64,000 nt of DNA from Takakia lepidozioides (GCA_030704615.1 CM060732.1:45880001-45944000); one strand, 5' to 3'; counted from the first letter of the stretch, positions 24,801 to 36,060 are shown. Made by a program: numbers and translations. Notes: generated by a model not told the origin, from the sequence alone.

Positions 24801-27434
24801 GTGAATGGCGTTGACGCCATTCACATACAGTGATGTTGTGAGGTCCTCAGTGATAGGTTCGTTATGAATGTGCATTGAGTTTTCCTGGATGGTTCCTTAC
24901 TCAATTTTTTTATTTCCATCCTGTGATTTTGCTTCATTTCAGTAATAATTTGGCTTCATTCTTGAATGTCGTTGACGACATTCACTTCTATGTCTGTGTC
25001 ATTTCTAATCGCTTATTTGCATTCACCTGGATTAGGATGTATTTACAGTGTCATGGAATGGAATGTTCTGAATGGCGTTGACGACATTCATATCTGGAGC
25101 AGTAGTGTGGTCCTGAAAGGTCCTTGGAGCAGTTGTCAGAGCCATTTCAATCCATGTTTTATTCTTTCTGTTCTACTTGCATCTTACTCACTGAGCGCTT
25201 TTGTGGGTTGGGATTCATCTCCTTTTTTCAGGTACACGAAATATGTGCTTATGGAAGGAAATCACCTGAGCGGAATTCCCGACTATCTTGACATGTGGTC
25301 GGACCCTGCAAACGATCCAACCATGTATACTGCAGGGATATTGAAGGACTGGAGTCCTTCTCACTTCAGAGACTGTGGGTGGTACCTTGACTGCCCACCT
25401 GAGCACACGACCTTTCAAGAACAGCATATGAAATACTTGAACAATAACGCTGAGATGCTGGCGCCTTTGACTGACGAAGAGTATCAACGAAACATAGCAA
25501 CCTTGGCTGCCAAGGAGCCTGATGCTCAGGGAACGCCGCAGAAGGGAAAGAAGGCGGGCCGCAAACCAAAAGACAAGGCTGTTGATGTCATAGCCATCTC
25601 ACCAGCAAAGCCAAAGGACAAAGACAAGTCCAAAGAGAAGGAAAAGGACAAGGGGAAGGAGAATGAAAAGGAGATGGAGAGTGGGCAGGACTTTACTGCT
25701 GGAAGATATACCCGCACTCTTCAGTGCGTGTTCGATGCCAAGCCACACCCTTCCCGTTCTGATTCAGCAGGAGAGATGAAAATTGTTAATGAGGGTTGGC
25801 TTTCGATGATGCAGAGTCGAAAGAGAGGATACACTGGGGTGCCATCCCCTACCTGGGACAATATAATCTCATTCCTCAATCTGGTGAGAATTCCAGTTTC
25901 TTTCCTTTTTCTCTGAATGTTTCGTTGGCAGTATTTCAGTCTCGTTCTTTGAAAACATTCTTGCCATCGTTCTTATAAAAAACATGTCTGTTGCAGGTGA
26001 GCACAGGTCCCACCTTCGTGTGCGGTGTGCAGAAAACTTATGCGGCCGACATTGTCATTCTCGACATCCCGGATGGCCAGGCTGTGCCAGAAGTTCTTCC
26101 AAAGGGCAAGACGCCAGGGTGGAACAAATTCGAGGACAACTACTGGAGTTGGGTATTCGGGTTCTGTAACAATTTCCTCTCTGATGCAGGGACACTTCTG
26201 CTTTTTCAGTCATGTGACAATGATAGTCGTCGGGCATTGGCATCATACCTCAAGTCTTCAGGGTTTGAAGTTTTGCGCACATGGAATTGTGTGAACAGCC
26301 TCTACCTTGTGAAAGGGGGTTTCCCTGGTCAGCTGGTATGCCGTCTGCCTTCTGCTTATGCTTTGATCATGAGTTTCAATTTTCTCTGCAGCTCCACTCT
26401 AGTAGAATGTTTTATGATCGACACCGATCATCAACGATTCATGGTTTTTGGTGTCAGAGTTCTGAATAGCCGATGTACACACTTCCACTTTAGATTGTGT
26501 TTACCACACTAACCTGCTATCTTTGGCAGACGAGGATGTTCGAGGCGATCTGCCTGCGGAGGATTCGCACATCAAAGACACCATCCTCCATCCGCAGCTT
26601 TGAGATTTCTGACCAGGGTTGTTTCGTCAACCCCCCCTATGAGCCCCATGTCGATGACATTTTGTACAACTTCATGCAGTCCAGTCAGACTCTGAAGAGA
26701 CCAGATGGCACTCCCTGGAGAGGTGCAAAGGAAAAGTCACCAGCATTCATGCAAATACTGCTGGAGTCATGCAGCCACCGCTCTGCACGGGTGGTCGATC
26801 TTTCTGTGTCCACAGGTTCGTTTTCTCCCTTCCGAATTGGTTTCCTTTCAACAGTTTCATCTGCTTAAATCCCCTCCTCCAAACTGTTTATGTTCTCCTG
26901 TCTGGTGCAGGAGCAACTTACCACGCATGCAAGGCAGGCGGAAGAAGCCTTTTTGGTATGGAGGGTGATTCTGACCTCTACAACACAGTGCTCCTCCCCC
27001 TTTTGTCTGGCTCCACTTCAGGCACACAGACTGATCGGATTCATATTCGAAATGATGACGATCCCGAAGATAAGCAGGTCGACAACGACTTTTCATGTGA
27101 GTAAGTGCTAAACCCTCTTTGGGAGTCATACTCAATTTCTCGATAACATCAAAGTTACAGTAATAACTTTTTCAGGCTGTCTTTCAGGAAAGCCAGCGGT
27201 GGATCTTCAGGAGATACAGTCATTTCTGGCGAGTCTGTTTTCGACAGCCCCCTTTCCAATTTTCTGCTCCCTGTTTATGCCGAAGCAATGGCACTTCACG
27301 CGTCCGAGTCCCTATCCCCTGACTTTTTAGTGGCCAGCCGTAGGTGTATCCAGCGTGGATCCGGTGTTCTAAAATACTTAGACTTAGATGCAGAGGAAGA
27401 GGGGATACATTGTACTGACTCTGAGTCAGACTGA
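21824..27434 (+). CDS. MULE accessory protein, ~1169 aa, 10 exons: ParB/Srx-like domain + permuted (beta-class) N6A/N4C DNA-methyltransferase-like domain
   Basis: Phase-consistent GT-AG model: 21824-22120, 22564-23192, 23287-23479, 23564-24001, 24085-24311, 25232-25883, 25997-26335, 26530-26815, 26911-27100, 27176-27434 (3510 nt; last exon tentative). ParB-like LDIPL..VRP..FYVWDGNHRLLAW. MTase-like ADIVILDIPDG..LSDAGTLLLF and EKSPAFMQILLESCS..RVVDLSVSTGATYHACKAGGRSLFGMEGD. Confidence 0.78.
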
Positions 27435-28131
27435 ACTGTATTCTTTTAATATTCATTTTCATATTATCTGGAAAACGTTGAATCCCCTTACTCTACCGTA
27501 GTTGTTCCTTTAGAACAAATAATAATCACAGAATCAACTTTCGTTTAAATTGCTATATGTATGAATCCATCTCACAAACCTTCCTGACTCTTCTCATATC
27601 CATTGTGCATTCATCTACACTGTATTCATGCGTGCTCCATTCATGAAAGCTTCCTTTGTACAACATCCATTGTACATTCATCCTCTGTACTCTTTAATCC
27701 ACCCCACAAACCTTCCACACTCATTTCATATACTTTGTGCATTCGTCAAAAGATTTGGTCATGCATCTTCCTGTCATGAATTTTTGTCATTGCTCAACAT
27801 CCATTATACATTCATCCATTTTACTCTTATCCATCCGTCATTCATCCATCTACATAGATTTTTCAAACTCATCCATCTGTTTATCATCCAAATGTACATT
27901 CATCCATCATTTATTCAATGCCTTTTATTATGTCGTCCACCTTGTTTCCGCGGTAAAGGGTGCCAATCCGCGGGAATACACTCCACTTCTTTCTGGGTGC
28001 GTGGTGACTCGGCCTCCACGTGTGATGACGTGGATTGAGCCCCGTGACGTGGCATTTGCGCAAGGTGACGTGGCGTGAGCGCAGTCGCGCTCACGCGCTC
28101 ACGTGACCAGGCTCACGCCGAGGCATCCCTG

Positions 28132-28517
28132 ACGTGTGAATGCTTATATGAAAGTATCGCAATCCAATTGAAGGTCCTCATCAGGTTCAAAGTCCTCCAC
28201 AACGGAAGGAAGGATGTCGTCTGCATTGGGGTGGAGATTCTCCAAAGCTGTGACCGTATCAGCCGAAGGCGGTGCTGGGGTAAGAGGAGCAAGAGCTCGA
28301 GCTGCACGAGAATACTCTCCTGCCCGGCCTAGCATAAGACTCCGATGAAGACGCATGTGGATGGATGGAGTTGCCTGGTGTGGGCTATCGTGAGCTATTC
28401 GCACCGCAAGTGCTTGTGCACGTAGATAATGTTCGTCTTGAAGGGTTTCCCAGTCCCCAGAGAGAAATCTACGAAGACGGGCACGCGTCTCTCGATGTCC
28501 GGATTCACCACCACGTG
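28132..28517 (-). mobile_element. CRE-like LINE, middle segment
   Basis: RGGESGHRETRARLRRFLSGDW..GEYSRAARAL..TVTALENLHP; continuous with the neighbouring LINE segments once the inserts are removed. Confidence 0.8.
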
Positions 28518-29249
28518 TGTCGCGGCCCTTTGCCTTGAGGGCAGGGGGTCGGGACACATGAGGGGCTGCCCCTGTGGTGGGGGCAGTGGCAGCGATAGGT
28601 ACGGGGGGGGGGCTGAAGCACCCTTGAGTGCCCAAGGCACTCAAGGAGGCGGAGGCGCTCACTAGTTGGAGCCCTGCACACCGGGTTGCGGTGGGGGTGG
28701 CTCCACAAAGGTTGGTGGTAGCTTAGCGGGACTTAGTGGGGGTGGCATAGGACTCACCATGGGGGCGGAGACCTCGTGGTGGGAGTCGTGGGGAGTCTTG
28801 GGACTCATCACGGTCCATAAGGGCCGTGGTGAGTGGGCCAAGACTCACCGCGACTCATCACCGGGAGTCGAGTTTTTTCGTGGTGGTTCGCCATAAAATG
28901 GCATGGCTGGTTGTGAAACCCCCGCGGACAGCTACAGAAGTATATATAGGGAGTAGTAACCCCGAGAACGGTGCAAGCCCGTTGGTGACCAAAAACTAGT
29001 GAGTAAGTGAGCGAGCCGGAAAGCGACCAAAGAGTGGGGAGCTGTTCCGGACTGCCAACTACCAAAGGGAATTCCCGCTGGTTCCAAATCGGTGGAGGGT
29101 TCTTTGGGAGAACAAAAGGGGGACCGTTATGCCCCGGTGAGCAGCCGAAGCTCCAAGTTGGCCCGGCGGCCAGGTTGGGAGTCAGGCGCGCGCATCAAAG
29201 CGAGTAACTATGACTTGAGGGGAAGCTTACCGAAGTGAGGTGCGCGACA
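28518..29249 (+). repeat. Chromovirus 5' LTR (732 bp)
   Basis: Direct repeat of 34773-35501 with about 8 substitutions and a 3-bp poly-G indel, counted by eye. Confidence 0.95.
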
Positions 29250-29251
29250 CT

Positions 29252-29263
29252 TGGTATCACAGC
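29252..29263 (+). promoter_or_regulatory. Primer-binding site (tRNA-iMet type)
   Basis: TGGTATCACAGC, one mismatch to canonical TGGTATCAGAGC, 2 nt after the LTR. Confidence 0.85.
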
Positions 29264-29304
29264 TTAGAGTTCAGTACGCGATCGTCCTTGGGATTGGCCT
29301 CATC

Positions 29305-32300
29305 ATGGGGTCGGGCAAGCCGAAGCGAAAGCGGAATGGCCCAAAAGATGATGATCCTGGTGAGCCCGATGGGGGCGACGTGTCACCGAGGCGGCCGTTT
29401 GAGGAAGCGATGCATGTTTCTGAAAACGAGGCCGCTCAAGAGCGGGAGGAATCTGAGGAGTCGGAGCCCGAGGAATCCTTGAGAGCTCCGACAAACCAAG
29501 AGATGCCTCCCATCTGGCAGCCTTTTGGGAAGGGTTGTTGGCGCAGTTTGGCGGGACGTTGAAAGACGTGTTGAAGGCGGCTAATGCCACTTCGACTAAG
29601 GCAAAGTTTAAGGTGAAGCCTAAGGAACCCGGCACCTTCAAGGGCGTCCGAAATCGGAAGGCACTCAACACCTGGCTCCTGGAGCTAGAGCAGTACTTCC
29701 GGGCGGCCAAGTTGAGTGACGAGGATCGGGTGGAAGTGGCTCCCACCTATTTGAGGGGCTATGCTCAACAATGGTGGCAGAAACGCCTTCACGACTGAGG
29801 TCCAAGCCCGGAAACCTTGAACTGGAGTGGGTTCAAGGAATTGATGAAGAGACAGTTTGTGCCCCTCAACGCGTCCTGGCTTGCCCGGGACAAGATGAGG
29901 AATTTGAAGCAAACAGACGACATTCGGGGATATGTCCAGGCTTTCAATGTGCTTTTGCTTGAAGTCGCGGACATGGTAGAACCGGAAATGGTCTTCAACT
30001 TTGTGGCGGGACTGGCCCCATGGGCCAGGCGGAAGTTGGAGGAGAAGCCACCTAAGACTTTGAACGAGGCAATTGAGAGGGCTGAATGTTTCTCAGATGT
30101 CCCTAGGGGTGAAAGACAAGGCCGTACGGAGCTGAACCACAAGAAGACCCGGCGGGAAGGTGACTCCTTCCGACCGGAAAAGAAGTGGGATAGGCCACGC
30201 GGCGACAATGGCACGTGGAAATCGAAGGGAGGGCCATCACAAGTCAAGGCGGCACCCGGTGCTTCGAAAGAAAAAGCGGGTGGAGCGGCCTATGGCGGAC
30301 AGAAGGCAACCTTTGATGGAGTGTGTTTCAATTGCGGGGAGCCCGGGCACATGGCCAAGAAGTGCACGAAGCCCCGGCAATTGAACATGACTCGGGCGAC
30401 CACAGAGCTGTCGGAAGATACCATCAGTCGCTTGGTGGAAGCGGTGGTCGCCAGGACTTGCAAGGTAGGCAAATTTTCTTGTGAGTTGTATCAGGAAACT
30501 GGCGCCTTACGTAAAGGGAGTCAGTTATTGTTCGTGGATGGGATAATATCCAAAACTAATGTGTCGTTGTTGGTGGACACAGGAGCGTCGCACTCCTTCA
30601 TGACACCGGCAACGGCACAAAAGCTGGGACTCCTGACAAGTGACGTGGGGGCCTCTATTGAGGTGCGTTCTGCCAAAGGAGAACCACAGTTGACGACAAG
30701 GTTGGTGTTTGATGTTCCTCTTCAACTAGGGAGTTGGGAGGGACGTGAGAACTTCACCATCTGCGAGATCGATGGAGTAGATCTCATTTTGGGGATGACC
30801 TTTTTGAGCAAATCCGGAGCGGTCATAGATGGCCGCAAGAGAGTAGTCACGCTGCCTTGTGGGAATGGTAGCGAGGTCTTACGAGTGTCGGAAACGCCCA
30901 AATCCGTAGGAGGGCGAATAAACCTTCTGTCAGCAAGGGAGTGGGCCGTGGAGGAGGCACACGAGCCCCAGTTTTTGCTTTACATTAGAGAAGTAAAGGG
31001 AGAAGGCGATGGGGAGCCGAGCCCAGATTGGATCAAGGGGATTTTGGAGAAATACCAGGATGTGATGCCGGAGGATTTACCAAGCGGTTTGCCACCGCGA
31101 AGAAGAGTTGACCACAAGATTGAGGTGATACCGGGATCGGAACCGCCTGCCAAGGCGCCCTACCGGTTGAGCCACAGAGAGTTGGTCGAGCTGAAGACTC
31201 AGCTCAAAGATCTAATGTCAAAGGGGTACATCCGGCCGAGTAAGTCACCTTACGGAGCCCCGGTGTTATTTGCAGATAAAAAGGATGGGACGCTGCGGAT
31301 GTGTGTCGATTACAAGGCTCTGAATAAGGTGACTATCAAAAACCGGTACCCTTTGCCAAGGATCGACAACCTCTTTGATCGGTTGGCAGGAGCGAAGTAT
31401 TTCAGCCGGATCGACTTGCGCTCCGGCTATCATCAAATTCGGGTGGCGGAAGGAGATGAGGAGAAGACCGCGTGCAGAACAAGGTATGGTTCATATGAGT
31501 TCTTGGTGATGCCTTTTGGGCTCACCAATGCACCAGCGACATTTAGCACGCTGATGAACAACCTTTTCCAGGAGTGGTTGGATGACTTTGTGATCGTGTC
31601 CATCGACGACATCTTGGTGTACTCGAAAACAAAGGAAGAGCACCTGGAGCACCTGAAAAGGGTGTTCCAAAAATTGCGAGAAGGGAAGCTGTATGCCAAA
31701 GCTTCAAAGTGCGAATTCGGGGTAACAAAAGTGGAGTTCCTGGGGCATGTGATTACACAGGATGGGATCAAAATGGATGACAGAAAGGTGAGGGCGATCT
31801 TGGACTGGGAGCCTCCGACTTCGGTCCCGGGAGTGCGATCCTTCCTAGGACTCGCCTTCTATTACCGGAAGTATGTGAGAAATTTCACCAAAATCGCGGG
31901 GCCGCTATCAGACCTTCTGTGTAAATCTAAAGTCTGGGCATGGAACACCTTTTGTGGCCAAGCTTTTGCTGAATTGAAGCAGCGGATGGCGGAAGCTCTA
32001 GTCTTGAAAATCCCGGAGTTCGATCATCCGTTCGAGATACATACAGATGCGTCGGACTTCGCGATTGGGGGTGTACTGATGCAAGATGGACGTCCAGTGG
32101 CTTACGAAAGTAAGAAACTGAATGAAGTGGAGCGACGGTGGCCGACGCACGAGAAAGAGATGAAGGTGGTGGTGCACTGTCTTGAGCTTTGGCGCCACTA
32201 TGTTGGTTCCAACCCGGTGAAGGTGTTCACAGACAATGTCACGGTGAAGTATTTTTCCACGCAGCCCAAGTTGTCCCCAAAACAACTTAGGTGGCAAGAT

Positions 32301-33867
32301 ACTTTGGCGGTGTTCGACGTGGATATCCAATACAAATCGGGGCGAGACAACGTGGTGGCCGATGCTTTAAGTAGAAAGCAGCAGCTCTTGTTGGTGTACA
32401 AGGGCGAGACGGCGCTCCAAAGGAAGATCCGAAAGGCTTGCCGGAAGGATGAGCTGGCGAAGTCCGTGATGCAGGACTTGAGGATAGGGGTTAAATCGCA
32501 GTTCCACTTGCAAAATGGACTGCTCCGGTATAAGCAAAAGCGCCTCTACGTGCCGAAGGGAGGGATCAGAGATAGCCTCTTGAGAGAATGCCATGATAGC
32601 CCACTTGCGGGCCACGGCGGAGCCAAGCGCACTGCGGCACTCTTGAAGAAAGAGTATTTCTGGCCCAAACTGAGGGAAGAGGCAGAGGAGTATGTCAAGA
32701 CATGCACCACATGCCAACAAAACCGGAGCGAGTACAAAAAGCAAGCGGGGCTATTACAACCCTTGCCGATTCTAGAGGGGACTTGGGAAAGCGTCTCGAT
32801 GGATTTCATGACTGCTATGCCGCTGTCAAAAGGATTCGATGCAATCATGGTGGTGGTGGACAGGTTCAGTAAAATGGGCAATTTCATCCCCACCAAGGAG
32901 ACGGCAACGGCGTAGGAGACATGGCGACTTTACTTCGCCCAGGGTCTTAAAGCATCATGGAGTCCCGAAGGATATTGTCTCGGACTGCGATCCAAAGTTT
33001 ACGAGTAAATTTTGGAGGGCACTTTGGAAGAAGATGGGGCCGAGGTTGAAGATGAGCACCGCCTTCCGACCTACGACCGACGGCCAAACAGAAAGAGTGA
33101 ATTCCGTAGTGAAGCAGATCTTGCAGAATTACGTGTCGGCAGACCAAACAGACTGGGTGGAACACTTAGACGCGGCAGAGTTCTGTTATAATAACACAAA
33201 ACACTCCGCAACGGGAGTTTCCCCTTTCGTATTGGTCTATGGAAAAGCACCTCTGGTGCCGACAAGTTGGGCCGCCTAGGACGTTGAGGAACCGGCAGTA
33301 GCGGCGGTACTGGAAGAACGCGAGCGTTTGTTGAAGCTCGCAAAGTACAACGTAACCAAAGCTAGGAAACGGTATGAAAGGCAGGCGAATCGGAAGCGGA
33401 GGGAAGTGAAGTTTGAGGCAGGTACAGAGGTCTGGTTGAACATCAAGAATTTCCGACTACCTCCGGAAGTGAGTCCGAAGTTCGTACCTCCGTATGCGGG
33501 ACCCTTTCGCATTCGAAAGGTTATGAATGAGGATGTGTATGAATTGGAGCTGCCGGCAAACAGTAAGGTGCACCCAGTATTCCATGTATCCCTTTTGAAG
33601 CCTTACTTCAAAGATGAAGCGCGTCCGAATCGGCATCAAGTGTTGCGTCCGCCACCTATGCTGTTGGATCATGAAAATGAACCTGAGTACGAGGTGGAGG
33701 CAATACTTAAGTCGAGGAGGTTCAGGAACCGAGAAACGGAGTATCTCGTCAAATGGAAGGGCTATCATCATGTGGAGGCATCTTGGGTGCGTGCCTCAGA
33801 AATGGGAAACGCATCCGAGGCGGTTGTAGCTTTCGAAGGGCGACCTCAAAATCGGAAGAAGCGTTGA
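29305..33867 (+). pseudogene. Chromovirus gag-pol (Gag, CCHC, protease, RT, RNaseH, integrase, chromodomain), disrupted
   Basis: [14 protein letters not shown]; LLVDTGASH; [12 protein letters not shown] (YIDD mutated); HTDASDF; [13 protein letters not shown]; SMDF..SDCD..GQTER; GPF; YEVEAIL..EYLVKWKGY..ASW. Stops or frameshifts near 29530, 29797, 32914, 33278. Confidence 0.93.
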
Positions 33868-34772
33868 TGGGGACATCAACCTTGGAGCATGGGGGAGGAA
33901 ATGCATGCTTAGCCCGGCTTAGCTAGCTTAGGAATCCGATTGCAAAAACTTGTATTGTACAAAACGTGCTATAAATGAAATGGCTTCCAAATGTTGTGCG
34001 TCCTATTTTGCTTGGAATGGTGATGCATGGTATGGTTGGCTAGTGTGTAGAATGCATGCTAGCTTATAAAAGTGGGAGAGGTAAATTGGCTTAATCGTGT
34101 GTTTGCGTAGTGCCGAAATCAGGTGACCCCCATCCAAGGGGCAAGGAAACTTGCGCCTTCTTTGGGAGTTCACGTGCTAGTGCGCACCTGGCGCGTGCGC
34201 GTACTATAACTGCGCTACCGAGGGGGTTGCCTTGTAGTGCGGGCTAACGCGGAAGCTACGTGCTTCCGTTCACGTACTATAATCGTGTAGCCTCGGGACG
34301 AAGTCGTAGTGCAGCTTCGGCGTGTTCCCGTACCTCAGGCCAGCATTCCAAGGCGGACCCAATTGTAGTGATTGGGGCGCACGGTTGGTTCAAGGTTGTC
34401 TTCCTAGTCAAAGAGGGTTCCAGGTGAACCCTTGCTCAAGGTGATGCCAAAAGCGGCATCATGAGCGATCACAAGCAATGTTGTTGCAGTAAGGCGATTC
34501 GATCCTCGGGGAGGATCGTTCCTTGGCCTTGAAGTAGGCCAAGAAGAGTGCACTGGGAGGAGCTGGAGAGGCTCCACCCTTGGCCGGGACTTGGAGGAAG
34601 TCGGCCGAACTAGCTAGTGGAGAGTAGAGTCAAGTGTGGGGTTTGGTTCTTTGCCATGGGACGCCATGGTACGGAAACAAACTCCTTGATGTGGGACGCC
34701 ACAACTTGGATGTTCGTTTCTACAAAATGGACAAGTCGATGAGGACATCGACTCCCTGTTGGTAGGGGTGTG

Positions 34773-35501
34773 TGTCGCGGCCCTTTGCCTTGAGGGCAGG
34801 GGGTCGGGACACATGAGGGGCTGCCCCTGTGGTGGGGGCAGTGGCAGCGATAGGTACGGGGGGGCTGAAGCACCCTTGAGTGCCCAAGGCACTCAAGGAG
34901 GCGGAGGCGCTCACTAGTTGGAGCCCCGCACACCGGGTTGCGGTGGGGGTGGCTCCACAAAGGGTGGTGGTAGCTTAGCGAGACTTAGTGGGGGTGGCAT
35001 AGGACTCACCATGGGGGCGGAGACCTCGTGGTGGGAGTCGTGGGGAGTCTTGGGACTCATCACGGTCCATAAGGGCCGTGGTGAGTGGGCCAAAACTCAC
35101 CGCGACTCATCACCGGGAGTCGAGGGTTTTCGTGGTGGTTCGCCATAAAATGGCATGGCTGGTTGTGAAACCCCCGCGGACAGCTACAGAAGTATATATA
35201 GGGAGTAGTAACCCCGAGAACGGTGCAAGCCCGTTGGTGACCAAAAACTAGTGAGTAAGCGAGCGAGCCGGAAAGCGACCAAAGAGTGGGGAGCTGTTCC
35301 GGACTGCCAACTACCAAAGGGAATTCCCGCTGGTTCCAAATCGGTGGAGGGTTCTTTGGGAGAACAAAAGGGGGACCGTTATGCCCCGGTGAGCAGCCGA
35401 AGCTCCAAGTTGGCCCGGCGGCCAGGTTGGGAGTCAGGCGCGCGCATCAAAGCGAGTAACTATGACTTGAGGGGGAGCTTACCGAAGTGAGGTGCGCGAC
35501 A
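34773..35501 (+). repeat. Chromovirus 3' LTR (729 bp)
   Basis: Direct repeat of the 5' LTR, preceded by the PPT. Confidence 0.95.
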
Positions 35502-35864
35502 CGTGGAGGCAAAACTAGACACCATAGAGGAAAAAGCAGAAAAAGGTGCCAAGCAACAATGTCGTAATGGTCCCGAGCAAGGCGGTCCAAGGGGAAGTGC
35601 TCCCAAAACATCAAGGGTCGCAATCCAAAGCCATGCCTAGGCAGAAAGAGCCACTAACGGGGTAGGCAAATGACTGTCCGGAGAAGACTGATTGAGTGTA
35701 GAACACGTGTGCCGATGACGCGCAAGCCCCCTGATATAGGCAAACATCCGACCACAACCTGGACAAAGCACTCGGTCTGGTGGAGAAGATGGTGGTGCTG
35801 GTGGTGGGAGACAAGATGGAGCAAAAGAATGGGCGGTCTGATCAGGATAACATCTAAGGGCCAC
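35502..35864 (-). mobile_element. CRE-like LINE, N-terminal segment with zinc finger
   Basis: CPGCGRMFAYIRGLARHRHTC. AWHLFLLFPLWCLVLPPR joins in frame to GGESGH at ~28510 when the chromovirus and one TSD copy are removed. Confidence 0.75.
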
Positions 35865-35934
35865 TTAACACCACACAGTATACATTCTAGCGACTACTGA
35901 AGGTCGGAGACTAGTTTCGCGTAGAGCAGGAATA

Positions 35935-36060
35935 GGGTGCCATAGTGCCATGTCATCGTAACCACGTCATCGTCATCACGTCATTGTAGCCACATCATCG
36001 TCATCAGCCACGTCATTGTAGACACGCCATCGTAGCCACATCATCGTCGTCGTTGTCATT
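35935..36060. repeat. Short degenerate tandem repeat (ccacgtcatcgt / gccacatcatcgt)
   Basis: About 8 imperfect 12-14 bp units just upstream of the LINE ORF; possibly its 5' UTR. Confidence 0.65.

Larger units (their letters stand above)
16815..28131 (-). mobile_element. Mutator-like DNA transposon, 11,317 bp, copy 2 (inverted relative to copy 1)
   Basis: 9-bp TSD acgtgtgaa at 16806-16814 and 28132-28140. Excision restores the LINE frame (DTFI*AFTRSPHLATAGPSG). Transposase ORFs are identical to copy 1. Confidence 0.95.
28518..35501 (+). mobile_element. Full-length Ty3/Gypsy chromovirus LTR retrotransposon
   Basis: LTRs 28518-29249 and 34773-35501 (TGTCGCG...CGCGACA); PBS tggtatcacagc 29252-29263; PPT ggtaggggtgtg 34761-34772; 4-bp TSD cgtg (28514-28517, 35502-35505). 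Confidence 0.95.

Noticed and set aside
24966-25231. Hydrophobic N-terminal 89 aa of the 316-aa ORF
   Set aside because: Lies in the repeat-containing intron 5; a phase-compatible acceptor is at 25231.
1491-28131. Giant inverted repeat as an assembly artefact or as the arms of a single element
   Set aside because: Each arm has its own perfect, different 9-bp TSD and interrupts a different host sequence that rejoins on removal.
16806-28517. Shared ACGTG target preference of MULE copy 2 and the chromovirus
   Set aside because: Only two sites from unrelated enzymes, and MULE copy 1 used tctctctgc.
28144-28662. 172-aa ORF as a real gene spanning the LTR
   Set aside because: Chimeric: antisense LTR sequence read through into the LINE fragment.
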